From Basidiobolus meristosporus CBS 931.73 (taxonomy: Eukaryota; Fungi; Basidiobolomycota): a stretch of DNA of 64,000 nt. Each line of letters starts with the position of its first letter. Position 1 is the first letter of the stretch. Positions 13,000-24,719 of the stretch are shown piece after piece. Position numbers and translations under genes: made by a program. The DNA lies in assembly GCA_002104905.1 (NCBI GenBank), contig MCFE01000185.1:62001-126000 (forward strand). Direction: 5' to 3'. The notes under the pieces are model-generated. The model had not been told where the DNA came from. It searched no databases and saw nothing but the letters and a program-made list of their open reading frames with translations.

Positions 13000-14000
13000 T
13001 ACTTTCCATTGCCCCAAATCCATAAAGTGCCAAGGCAAAAGCATGTTCATGCATGCCTTTAAAGTAGCCCTTGCTTCTTAATTGTTTGTAAAGATTGCCA
13101 TCAAATATGTTGGGAATGTTCCACTTGATTCATACTGAGTGCAATACTTTATAGCTTCAAGATATTTTCAGAATGCAGGAGCTTCTTTAGATGGGGTATT
13201 ATTAGAATATATCCTAAGTATGAGCAATGCTTTTCTTCATTGGTGGTGGATTCCTGACAAGTTGGACACTTTGAGATGGTGGCATCTTCTGATTTAAATG
13301 ACATGCAACTGTTGAAACATGCAGTATCAGGACAGTTACTGGGTCATATGTTGCCAGCTGCATGATGGGTGTGTTGAAATATTGGACTATTTGGTATCAT
13401 TCAGCAGCTAAAAATTTACTTAACAATTCTAGGCTAGTCTTAGTCACTGTAGGACTCATTTACTGCCTTAACTTTGCCACTTTCTTCAGATATATGATCT
13501 TATGATTATTCCCCTATAGTCAGGATCAAATTAGCACTATTACCAAACATTATGTACTAACCCTGAAACTGTTACAGAATGCTCCTGAATATTGAGAAAC
13601 CCTCCCTACTTAGTGTTGCAGCTGTATTACTTCTACAAAGGTATAAATACTGAGCTTCTTTATGAATAAACAACAGTTCAACTATTATCACTATTTTTTG
13701 ATAAGTTCCTTATATCCAAATCACTTCTTAAATTGCAACAGGGTGTTCATTTCTACCAAGTACGTAATAAGTTGCATCCCAAAGTGATTTTGACAAGAAA
13801 TAGTGGTTAATCTTCTGAGCTCCCATTACTGATATTTGTTGAAAAACACTACTTCTCTAGCAACAACATCATATCATTCAGAAGTAGATTGATTACTTGA
13901 CTCACTTGGCTGCAGTGAGTATCCTTAGAATCTTTTTCTATGAGTAGTGTCTCATTGCATATTGGGATTTTGCTGGGCTCAGGCAGGGTACTGTTATTAG
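13000..14000 (-). mobile_element. CACTA/Tnp2 N-terminal remnant interrupted by a copia solo LTR
   Basis: HAFALALYGF and DGNLYKQLRSKGYF-like segment; flanks match 7300-7850. Confidence 0.65.
13372..13740 (+). mobile_element. Solo LTR of copia family A with perfect 5-bp TSD
   Basis: TGTTG...CAACA, 369 bp, flanked by GGGTG (13367-13371 and 13741-13745); homologous to 5889-6256. Confidence 0.9.
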
Positions 14001-14219
14001 GGGGAATAGGCTCACAATAAATTAGTGAGCCTTCTTCTTTAGAGCTATCACTCTGCATGCCATATTTAAAACTCTGAGGTGAGTCCAAAGGCATTGCAGA
14101 CTCACCTGACCCACATTGCGCTAGGTGAAAAGTACAGCAAAGTCCTGTCATATTAGTATCAAGTGGCTGGCAAGATATTGCAAGTACAGCAGTGACTGAT
14201 GAATGAACAAATAACATTT

Positions 14220-14490
14220 GTGTGGTAAAACACTGTCCATGATCCCTGTATTACCTCCTATGCTGTCCGCATTCTTTATTAGCTGAGAACCTTGTTACAA
14301 TAGCCACATGGTCTTTTTTCTCTTCTCTCATAGTGTTATATCAAAGATATCTTCTCCATGTGGCAACTGATTGCACACTCAGCAATGTAATACTATTATA
14401 CCACTTTTTTTCCACAATTGGTGTGAATTAAGATAGTCTTGTATTGGAGATGTTGCACCAATATGATTGTATAGCTTAATGATTAACTGC
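14220..14490 (-). repeat. Second copy of the unidentified repeat at 2650-2920
   Basis: Nucleotide and codon-level alignment. Confidence 0.55.
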
Positions 14491-15336
14491 CATAGTAAGC
14501 ATATTGAATATAGCTGTGGCAACACATACCCATGTATATGTAACACTATTTCTCCTTTGCATTGACTCACTATATATGCTGCCAAAAAATAAAGCAAGGT
14601 TTTCTGGTTCCCAGCCAAACCCCACTATTGACAGCAGCTGAGAATGGTTGGACAACAGCTTGCATTGACATTCAGTGCAACAAGCAGGGCTACATCCAAA
14701 AAAGACCATGTGGTTAGTGTATCCACTGAAGGTAATGATGAAGACTCCTTGAGCTCTCAGTCATGTAGACAAGTGATAATCTCTGCAGAGCTGCAAGCAG
14801 ACCATAATGCTCAGGCAGATGAAAATGTAGCAAGTGCAGTACCTTGAGTTTAAGACCAGCATATGGTAGTCATAGCATCACTACCACCTATATTAGCAAA
14901 TATGTTGTTGGCTCATGCCAATGCATTTATGAGACAATTAGGTAGAGTGGCTAACAGGACAGATGCAACAACCAAGAGAAATCAGGAAAGAATCCTGAAA
15001 CAGGACAAGTGGATAATATATGTAGAGCAATCAATATCTCAGGTAGCAAATCCAGTATATTTGCTGCAAAGAAGCTACTCAAGTGGCTTAATGTCACAGC
15101 CAAGAATTGAGCCATTTCCTGATGTAACAGCAGAGGAAAACTGTACAGTCCTTGAATCACAACAACAGTACCCAAAGATAAAGCCCACAGAATAATCTAT
15201 CACAGCATGGGAAGAAGTGACTGTGGTACTTGTACCCAAGTCTAAAAGTCAAACCACATTGGAAATCCATCACTCCATTTAGTGCTATGATGAAATTTGG
15301 GCTAATATTCAAGTGGTCACTAGATGTCTAGCATGG

Positions 15337-15480
15337 TGTGGTATGGTATAAATACTTCCTATAGAGAATTTATCCATATAGCAATGATGATGCACTTATC
15401 CATATTTTATCTTATCAGTATTATGCCATTCTTTTTTGCCCATGTTATAAGTATTCTCCCCATATGATGTTTATGTTGCA
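15337..15480 (+). repeat. 5' fragment of the long LTR family
   Basis: TGTGGTATGGTA start and following ~140 bp match 11349-11490. Confidence 0.6.
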
Positions 15481-15484
15481 ATAT

Positions 15485-15831
15485 TTTGAGGAGTATTGGA
15501 AGTGATGAGGAGAGCTAGATGATTTACATGTTATTAACTTGTAGACCAATTGATCAAAAGAATGGTATTTATACTTTTGATAAAGTAGAGCAAACAAGCT
15601 TATAAAGCTTGCTAAGGAGGGTCCCAAGAATATTTAAGCAAAGTTTGAGGGCTTTTGGACAATTTTGAGAAAGATCATAATCTGTGTACCTGATAATTTG
15701 ATGAAAATATTAGAAGTAAACTTCAGCAAGAAATTTGGTTAGGACAGAATGCTGATCAAAGAACAAGATCTATGTGACTAAGTTAGCCTGAATATCTAGG
15801 TGTCAACTTAATTATTACAGCACTCCTACTC
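15485..15831 (-). repeat. Copia family B LTR remnant with PPT
   Basis: Minus strand GAGTAGGAG|TGCTG; body aligns with 33820-34144 and 37920-38237. Confidence 0.6.
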
Positions 15832-15880
15832 AACAAAATATTCATGAGTAATAAGTACATATAGAGAGTGTGCAATCCAC

Positions 15881-16950
15881 TGTAGTAGTCTATAAGTCCA
15901 AGGGAGATATACGTCCAACACTTCTCAAGTGTTTTGTGTGTAGGATGCTCACTGGGTGCAATAACATCTGGCAAAAGCTTGCTAGGAATACTTGGGGTCT
16001 TGTCTCTGATCTAATGTGAAGGGGGAAAAAGCTGCAAGCTTGTCAATGGAAGACTATTGAGCTGCAATCCCCAAATTAGTTGGTGTCTTAACAAAAATAT
16101 ATACTGGGTTTTATGTCCTTTGAAATGACAATGTACTAAAGCTCCAAGGTCAGAACAACTGTAAACTTCACTAGCAGGACTTGATCAGAATGCAGCTGTG
16201 GTCAATAATTACAAAGACAGAAAAGTATCTTTGCCTGTACAAGAACAAACTTGGGAAAGAATCAAATAGAATAAAAGATAACTACTCTGTGTATTCCTCA
16301 CAAGTAGTACCTCCAAGATCAGTTGGCTGTCAGAGCAGTTTCCTGGGAGTGTCCTATGGTCTGGGATTTGAAGTTTAAGTAACTTCAGATAGTAGTGGTT
16401 ACACCAATTAACAAGTTTGCATGTTGATAAAAGGGATGATGTCTTAATGTTGAGGGATTGCCTCCCTTATATACTTTTCTCACTGGCTAAGTGATTACTA
16501 ATCATGGTGTTCCATAAGGTTCCAGATATCAGTAGAAATCTCAATGACATCAGAATGACCTAAGAATGTTCTAAATGTGTGCCAGAAGGCTCCAACAGAC
16601 ACAGCACATTCAACCAATCAGGAATCAAAATTATGAAACCCGCATAAAATAGGGATACCATATATGGTATGGAGTTTGTAGATATAGTGACACAGATTGG
16701 TTATGTGTCATGGGTACTGTCATGGGTACTTGCTCAATATAGAAGCACTTGCTTCTAGTAATGTTGCGTAAAGTGAGGGATAACTTATGCAATAAGGTAA
16801 GCAGGTGTGATAGCCAGCTAGCTTATGGGATAGTACTGATCAAATAAAATAAATGGGACCAAACTAAGATAAGGGTAGTAGAAAAATAAGGAAGTAGAAA
16901 ATATAAGAATGACAACATCTGTCAGTGGGTGTTACTGTGACCCCCCTACA
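15881..16950 (-). mobile_element. Long LTR copy (~1070 bp)
   Basis: TGTAG...CTACA inverted termini; homologous to 11349-12147; TATATAAG on the minus strand near 16470; no intact TSD. Confidence 0.7.
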
Positions 16951-17349
16951 CTGTAAAAAGCATGTATGATATAACTATGTTGCAGACTGTACTAAAATGG
17001 TATCCAAACAGTATGTGCACTTGGGCTTAACTTAACTAAAATGGATCTTGTGATACAATGTACATATCTACTTAATAGTATGCCTAAAAATCAGAATGAT
17101 TTGATCAAATACTAATCATTAGCTTTGATCAGTTTTACCGGCTTGAATAATGATCTAAGTCTAATTGGCAAATTGTAATAGCCTCCGGACTATCAAATGC
17201 TTTTAATTTGAGCAAAGTTTACCCATGCTTCATAGAGTTAAGATGATGTCATTTAAGGCAGATCTAGAGTTTCCTAATTTCCAGGCAAAAGTCTAATTCA
17301 TTAGACAACTTCACTGTATGCTCATAATAGGCTCAGGGACAGTTACTTT

Positions 17350-18462
17350 CATCTTATAGACTCTATATGCATCTTTTTCTTTCAGCTTCATAGACTGTAG
17401 ACATCAAAGTTTCTGTATTGAATAATCTGCTCTATTTTATGCAAAATATCAGACAGATCCTGTTGAAGTTTCAAGGCTCTTCTAGGGTTTCTGGCTTGCA
17501 AGCTTTGTACAAGAGGCTCCAGGGATTATGTATGCACTGCCAGATAGCTCAAATATAGCCTACATAGGTTTTGGCTTTATTTGGGAAGTACCCTAATTTG
17601 AGGTAGTAGTATTTTCCCTTTTTCTTCTTATGGTGATGATTCAAGGGAAATTCCTTTAGTGAGAAGACCACAGACTTGATCAGTCACAATTCTTCTGTGC
17701 TGATCCAGAGAAGAATACGTCTTCAAGTGTTTTCTCCTGCTGTAATAAGTGATTTATATATAACAGGTATAAAGTACTATGTTATCTTCTGAGTGCCTTC
17801 CAGTTGTATACTGGCCAACAGTTAGTTGGTTGTATACTGCAATCAGGCTTGCATTCATATACTTCACTCTTTCTGGCTAGCTGTAGAATCTTCTTCAGTT
17901 GGTTTACTAAATTTGTATAATGCTCTCTCCCATTATCTTGTGACTTGAACACCATGATGGTAAGTCTAACAGCTCCATATCTAACTCCTGGAGCATTGGC
18001 TTCAGTATTCAAAGACCTGATAACAATATAGCATTCTTCCATTGGATTGCTTAGTGCATATCTGTACTCCAGGTAGATATATATATATCATATCATTAGG
18101 ATCCCTACAGCTCAGGGAGCTTGTTTCTGAGATCTTGCTCTACTAATAGATGGTCCAAAATGTCAGTTGACAGCTCCAGTATTTGCATTCTCAGCCTTAT
18201 TTTGAGCAGCAACAGATTTGGTAAGGTAGCAATTCAATATAATTGCATCATCTTCTCCACAGTATTTTCTCACTGGGACTAATACAGAAACATTTGGTAG
18301 TGCTCCACTCTGCATGCCTGAATTATTTCCTTGTTGACTATCATCTTGGCTGCCTGTGTACTTGTAGTCAGTGTTTTGCCTCCTGGTTGATGAGTACAAT
18401 GCTAGAGCTTGGCTGTGCTGAATTGCTCCAGGCAAAATAACAAAATCAGTCTGTAGTGCCAT
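17350..18462 (-). mobile_element. Possible decayed gypsy gag-protease region
   Basis: Fragmented ORFs (PVRKYCGEDD; NQLKKILQLARKSE; AYIIPGA) only loosely resemble gag/protease. Confidence 0.3.
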
Positions 18463-18789
18463 GTGTTGATGTGTTCTGTTGTGTTGTATTATGATTAGTT
18501 TGGGGCTTGTTCTACAATGTAGAGGCTAATCAACAATATACAACAACTTCCAGTATGCTAATACTGAAATAGTTTATTGGGAGTTTGATATACCGATAGA
18601 AGATATAACTTTCACTAATTTCCTCAATCTTGGGCTCAAAATATACTGTAGGCAGTGTTTATCACTTCTACAGCAGTGTTCTGACCTTCTGTTGACTAAT
18701 GGGCTTATTTACTTTTATAGCAACTTTTCCTTATTTGGAAGACACTTTCCTTTCTGAGAAAATATTTCCTAATATGGAAATTCTGAACT

Positions 18790-19040
18790 CCCCTTTAACC
18801 TAAAGGGGTGTTGTAGAAGTCTCTAAAGGGGTCTTTAGACCTAAAGGGGTGTCTAAAGCGGTGTCTTTAGAGTAAAGGGGCTTCTTGTAGTGGTCTCTAA
18901 AGTGGACTTTACACTAAAGGGGTGCCTAAAGGGGCTTCTTTAGAGTAAAGGGGTTTCTTAAAGGGGTCTCTAAAGGGGTCTTTAGACTAAAGGGGTGTCT
19001 AAAGGGGTGTCTTTAGAGTAAAGGGGTTTCTTAGAGGGGA
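18790..19040. repeat. TAAAGGGG-core minisatellite with a ~73-74 bp higher-order period (about 3 units) and internal CTAAAG/CTTTAG hairpins
   Basis: CTCTAAAG at 18821, 18895 and 18968; hairpin CCCCTTTA-ACC-TAAAGGGG at 18790-18808. Confidence 0.85.
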
Positions 19041-19445
19041 CTTTTCCAACAGAAAAGTGGTAGTTTCTTGTAGAACTTAGATTGGATTCTTGTGAGCTTT
19101 GCAGTCTCTTTACTGATGTAGTACCAATCAAAGTCAGAATACTCAACAGTGCAAGTGATGCAGGGGAAGTCTTATAACCTTTAAACTTGTAATTGTAGTG
19201 TGGAGATTCTGGAAAGAGAGGCTCTCTCTTTATTTTTCAGCTGGGGAAGTCATATATATGAAAATTTTGAAGGATCAAAGTTTTTGTGCGATTGCGCAAG
19301 CAATACATGTGATACAAAGCTAAAATTTTGCAGTGGCGCAGATCGGACATAGGCGCAGCACCCGTGAAAATTTTACGTGATTTGATTGGCTGGTTCGAAA
19401 GTTACACGCGATCAAAGTCACCATAGTAATCCTAGCAATAAGGCA
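19010..19445. repeat. Unclassified repeat, copy of 12506-12940, with a CpG-retaining distal part
   Basis: 10 CpG in 19289-19410, none in 19021-19280. Confidence 0.85.
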
Positions 19446-20168
19446 TAGTATATATAATAGTTAGACTCTTTTGGTCATAACTCCTTAAGTACTGCTTCAA
19501 ATGAGCTGTAATTTGAAATATGTGTTGGCTACTACGTGTTCTGTATGACATAATATTCTTGGGTGGATTGCTTGTCAGGGTCTGGAGCATTTGTTCTTCA
19601 AAGTTGGAAATTCTTGATCTTTCACTTGTGTGTTACGATAGCAAAAAGCAAAATAAAGAAATGAGTGCAATATTGGTTTAGAGATATTGTAGTAATGGAA
19701 TACTTTCCATTACCACAGTTCTTTTACTTGTCAAAGGCTCCAGTAGTGGAGGCACTTCATGTGGGTCATTGTCAGTCAGCTCACAAGAAGTAGCTTGCTG
19801 ATGTTCAGGTGTGCCAGCACATGCAGGTGCAACTTGATGTGTTGGCATAGCCATTGACTGAGCCAGATGTAATGTTACATGATGATACAACTTGGCCTAC
19901 ACCAATGGACTTGTGCCTAAATGCGCAGTTTAATGAGCACTGATAATCTTGCTCTGAAGCATGCATGTTGACTTGATGTGTGTCAACTCAATACAGGGTG
20001 CTCTTGATGCAGGGGATGGTAAAGAATCCAGCAAGGCATGCTGGTGCAATATACATGCAGTTGCTTGCAGTCTCTATTCTTCCTCTGGAAGCTCACCTTC
20101 TGATTCCTCAAGGTAATCACTTGCCCTCTGTGTGATACTTTGAAATTTTTGCCTTAATGCATACTGTA

Positions 20169-20901
20169 GACCTGTTCTGTTGGATAGTACCACATTGAGC
20201 CATGAGTGCCAAATAATGCCATTGCATGCCAGAGAGGATATAGCAGACCTAAACCTGGCCCTAGAGTGTGAAACATAGCACTGCATCTTCATGCAAAGCA
20301 GCCCCTGTGTTTCACTCTTTGTGTTAGAGAAAATCCATTTTTTGACCTTTTTTTTTGGATCAGTGTTGTGCAGGATGTGTAAGTGGACAGAAGGACTGAA
20401 GACATGCATTTGGTACTCAATACACATGGCACTCTGAATCTAGCTCCTGTAGCTTGTATCATGTCACAAAAATGAATGGCACTATCTTGGTCCACTGGAA
20501 CTATCTGGCACTACAAGCACTTTATATAGGTCTTACTTTAGGGCTAATATTTAAATATAGTGCCAGATAGTACCAGTGGACCAAGATAGTGCCATTCATT
20601 TTTGTGGCATGATACAAGCTACAGGAGCTATATTCAGAGTGCCATGGGTATTGAGTACCAAATGCATGTCTTCAGTCCTTCTGTCCTCTTACACATCCTG
20701 CACAACACTGATCCAAAAAAAAATGTCAAAAAAAGGATTTTCACCAACACAATGGGTGAAACACAGGGGCTGCTTTGCATGAAGATGAAGAGCTATGTTT
20801 CACACTCTGTGGCCAAGTTTAGGCTCAATTGGCCTCCCTGGCACACTATGGTATCATTTGGCACTCATGGCTCAATGTGGCACTATTCAACAGAACAAGT
20901 C
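20169..20901. mobile_element. Foldback (palindromic) MITE-like element, 733 bp, Harbinger-like termini
   Basis: Inverted arms 20169-20513 and 20558-20901 around a 44-bp spacer; termini GAC(C/T)TGTTCTGTTG. Confidence 0.85.
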
Positions 20902-21138
20902 TTGTGTATATTGCTGTTGGAAGCCACTTAGCTCTACTAAAATATCATGTAGTACATTAGTCATTTGAGGCAAAAACTCTTTCAAAAATCAGTTAGTTTT
21001 CCAAAGTTGCTGCACAAACAGACATGTCCAGCCCATAGTGTGCTAATTGAGCATGGAATTGCTTGCATGCAGCTTCCTCATCAAATCTCCCCACTCTCAG
21101 CTCATGATTGATTTCCATACTTGTCTTGTTATATATCT

Positions 21139-21333
21139 TCACACAGCTGCTGGTGTCTTGGTATTGAACTCATGTTGCAGCTTTCTACTGAGATTTTTCC
21201 ATCTCTGTTGACTCTCTGAGGTATCTAGATCTGCTAGACTAATGAATAGTGCCCATATATCTGCATGAGGGCTCATCATAGGCACTTGGGCCATGCTAAG
21301 ATCATCTGGCAAGAACCTGCACAGATCCAACAT
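21139..21333 (-). pseudogene. Myb/SANT (MADF-like) DNA-binding fragment, probable second ORF of the Harbinger element
   Basis: IWALF..SESQQRWKNLSRKLQHE; opposite orientation to the adjacent DDE transposase. Confidence 0.45.
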
Positions 21334-22099
21334 TGACTTTTCCAGTCCAGACTGTGCTTGTGAGCTGGGAATGGGTTTGTCTGGGTTATACTAAAGATGA
21401 GTTGAGACTTGCCATAGGGACCATAGTGATGGATTTGGATACTTGTACAGTAGTGTATTGGCATCAACCTGGCTTATGTGAAATATATATGAAAACTAAT
21501 GTGATTGTTGATATTCCCATATATTATACATGATGCATCTTAAAATGCATTGACCCAGATCAGATCACATAGAATTGCAGATTTCTATTTGATTATAGAC
21601 TTATGGGTAATTCATCAATAAGGTCACCCAAGTTGTTGTTTGAGGATGACTTGTGCAACGTAATGATGGGCACATGGCAATTGATGGAGATTAATACTAA
21701 TGCATGAAAATCAGATAAGTTAAGCTGATTGCACCAAATCAATTCATATCACCTCTACTTGATCACATACCAACTTAGTATGGCTTACTAATCTAAATGG
21801 ACTTTTCTCATCAATACCATCACTACTACTGGATTCCCTTTTGACATATTAGAGGGGATCTATACCAAGTCCTGTGGACCATCTCCCCCAATCTACTCAT
21901 GGAAATACCTATTTAAGCTTCTCTGCTATTACAAGAACTATTGCCCTACAAGGCCTCATCCTACAATTCATGTCAACCATAGTCCTAGAAGCTTTCATTT
22001 CCAGTTGACAGCAGTGGAGAACCACCTTGCAGAGGGTATAAATCACTTATAGCATGCTTGGATTACTAGGTTGAGAAGCTCCAATAAACCTCCATATCC

Positions 22100-22664
22100 C
22101 AGAGTGTTCAGCAACTGGTTCCATATCAGGAGTATTTTGGATACCTTCCCAGTCAGGAATAATATAGCTTCTAAAGGGCAGAGGCTCTTTTATTCTGGTA
22201 AATACAAGGCATGCTGTGTGAAATTTCAAGCACTGTAAGACATTGAGGGTAACATCATCTGATTTAGTAGGCCATTTGCTTAAGGTAGGCATGACAAAGT
22301 ACTCTGATTGGAAAATCAATCAGAATTCAGTAGAGGGGAGAAATGTTTTGCAAACTTAGATAGTATAGGAGAGGATTCCCAGAGATTTGGATATATTACA
22401 GCTTTTAGGAAGCCAAGCAATGGAGTGCTTGGCAGGAGTTTGAAACTCTACAATGAGATATTTAATCATTTCAGAGTGAGAGTAGGGCATGCATTTGGAT
22501 ATCTGAAGAGATTCAGCATATTAGCAGGTAAATACAGAGGAAGGTCACATATAGGAGAAAACAGCAGAATAGGTAAAATAGTTAAGATATTTATTAATGC
22601 ACATTATATTCATACAAGAAGATATCCACTGAGAGAAATGTGTCTGGAGCATTATGAAGAGTAA
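22100..22664 (+). pseudogene. Decayed DDE_Tnp_4 (PIF/Harbinger/IS5-like) transposase
   Basis: LDTF..RLFYSGKYKACCVKFQAL*DIEGNII*FSRPFA*GRHD..FRKP..YNEIFNHFRVRVGHAFGYLKRFSIL; in-frame stops at 22236, 22260, 22281 and 22305. Confidence 0.8.
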
Positions 22665-22772
22665 ATAAAGCAGAAAAGCACTGTTCAGAGCAACACTGTA
22701 TCCTACCACTGGCATAATGGTAGAAACTAGAGTGCTAGATCCATCTAGCACTATAAACAAGCTGGCACTATA

Positions 22773-22796
22773 TGGCACTATCCAATAGAACAAGTC
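22773..22796. repeat. Right TIR of the Harbinger element, followed by TAA
   Basis: GGCACTATCCAATAGAACAAGTC|TAA, same terminus as the foldback element. Confidence 0.7.
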
Positions 22797-22819
22797 TAAT
22801 GGATAGAGCCCACAGCTTT

Positions 22820-23420
22820 GTGAGGAGTCTGTCACAAGCAGGGCTGAAAGTTTGAAACAAGCAGAAAAGTAACATCAGGCTGCCAGGAGAGTGTCAGCAA
22901 GCCACAAGCAGGCTAAAAGAGATGTACCAGTGCAGCATTCATTAATGAAAAAGCAAAGTACAGTACAAGAGGTACTTGGCTATAGTAGCAGTGAAGGACT
23001 TGACAGCAACAAAAACCCACCACTTTCTCATGAGCCTGTCACAAGCAGGGCTGCTAGTTCCAAGCCAGTAGCAAAGAAATATCAAGCTACTGGAAGAGCG
23101 CTGGCAAGGGACAAGCAGGCTAAAAAATATGCACCTGTGCAGCATTCATCAATGAGAAAGCAAAGTACAATACAAGAGGTACTTGGTTATAGTAGTAGTA
23201 AAGGACTTGACAGTGACAAAAACCCGCCACTTTCTCAGAAGCCTGCCACAAGCGGGGCTGCTAGTTCCAAGCCAGCAGCAAAGAAATATCAAGTTACTGG
23301 AAGAGCACTAGCCAGGGACAAGCAGGCAAAAAAATATGCACCTGTGCAGCATTCATAAAGGAGAAAACAGAGTGTAGTACAAGAACCACTTAGTCAAAGT
23401 AGCAGTGAAAGACTTGTCAG
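22820..23420 (+). repeat. In-frame 207-bp (69-aa) tandem repeat, ~3 copies
   Basis: ACAAGCAGGC at 22904, 23111 and 23318; ORF 22891-23358 repeats VQHS..KQST.QEVLGYSSS.GLDS.KNPPLS. Confidence 0.9.
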
Positions 23421-24371
23421 TGAAAAAGGTGAAGGTAAAGTGAAAGCAGTCTACCCAATCCAGAGACAGGGAAGAGTGGGAAAAAACTGCAGTTCTCCAC
23501 AGACAATGCCATTAGCCCAAAACAGGCTGAATCTCCTTATAAACACAAAGAATTACCAACAAGGCAAAAGCAGTCTTCTTAAGAGTTGGGAGTGCAGCCA
23601 GTTGCACTACCTTCCAGCAAGGTAGATGAGTTTTCACAGAAAAGCAATTTTTCTACCACTGCCTCCAAATCCTCTAGTGTAGACAAAGTGGAGATCCCAC
23701 CAACAGGCAAAGCAATAATGTCAAGAACCCAAAAGGCTATTACAGTGCCAATAGTGGAATTTCCAAACATTAATAGGCACACCAAGAGGTTACAGCACTT
23801 TGTGATGAGCAGTGCTCAAGAAAATAGAGTTGAATATTGCAAGAATCTATTGCAAAGACTGGTAGATGAGGTGCTGGACCTTGCAGTGCCAGCTGAAGAT
23901 CAGGACATATGGGAGCCTGTAAATGAACAGTGGCTCAAAGCCACAGGTATCCAGCCAAAGTCAAGGGAAAGGGTGTTACAGCAGAAATACTTATTGAATG
24001 GAGGATCTGATTGAAGTTACATCTTGAGTGTGGGGTTGAGCTTGTTGTTAGTGTTGGGTATAGGGACTTGCATAGGTCAGTACAGTTTGCAATTGAGGTA
24101 CAACTGGAGCTTCTACAGAAATAAATCAATTTATATGCATGAAAAGTGAGAGAAGCAGCCAAGTCAGGAAGTAAGGGGTGTGAAAAAGAAGCAATAGCCA
24201 ATAAATGTACACAAACATAAAAGGTGATTTAGTGTCCAGGATCAGAAGGTGAGAGAACTTGTAGTAGACCAATCAGAAGCCACTTATGTATTGATGTGAT
24301 CACAAATTTGGACCTAGTTTTTTGTGAAACCTGTTGTGCAATTTTTTTTAAGTGGTCTTTGCATGGTGTCC

Positions 24372-24515
24372 TGACAGGGTCAATACCTCTTATTCATATG
24401 ACTTTAATTTTGTGATAGCCTTTTGACAAGATCAATACCTCTTATTTGTATGACTTTGATTTTGTGATGACCTTTTGACAGGATTCTTGCAATTATTTTT
24501 CTTAGGGTAGCCTTT
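24372..24515. repeat. 52-bp tandem repeat (2 full plus 1 partial unit)
   Basis: TGACA.. units start at 24372, 24424 and 24476. Confidence 0.8.
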
Positions 24516-24719
24516 TGACCAATGCAATGCCCTAACAATGTTCCAAAGAATGAATATTATGGTACCGGGAAATGTTTGATGAAAATGCACTCCTGTATAT
24601 CTGGACTATATTAAAATATATTTTTGCTGGATACAAGTGTACATATGCAAGAAGTGCAATATATCTTAACTATCCTGCTTAGTAGTAACCTCAAACCCCA
24701 ATCTATGAGGTGTCATCTC

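Noticed and set aside
16762-16917. Mini-LTR TGTTG...CAACA
   Set aside because: No TSD; it is internal to the larger 15881-16950 LTR.
17100-17250. Dynein-like peptide NLPIRLRSLFKPV
   Set aside because: Too short, stop-riddled and within TE debris.
18790-19040. Interstitial telomere or CRISPR-like array
   Set aside because: TAAAGGGG is not TTAGGG/TTTAGGG in either orientation; no unique spacers and no cas genes.
19425-19445. Helitron 3' end (CTAG)
   Set aside because: No GC-rich hairpin upstream, and homology with the paralog continues past the CTAG.
21019-21045. Left TIR of the Harbinger element
   Set aside because: Only about half the bases match and it lies in apparently coding-like sequence.
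24491-24507. Third CACTA-family TIR (ATTTTTCTTAGGG)
   Set aside because: One mismatch and embedded within the 52-bp repeat register, so it may be chance.
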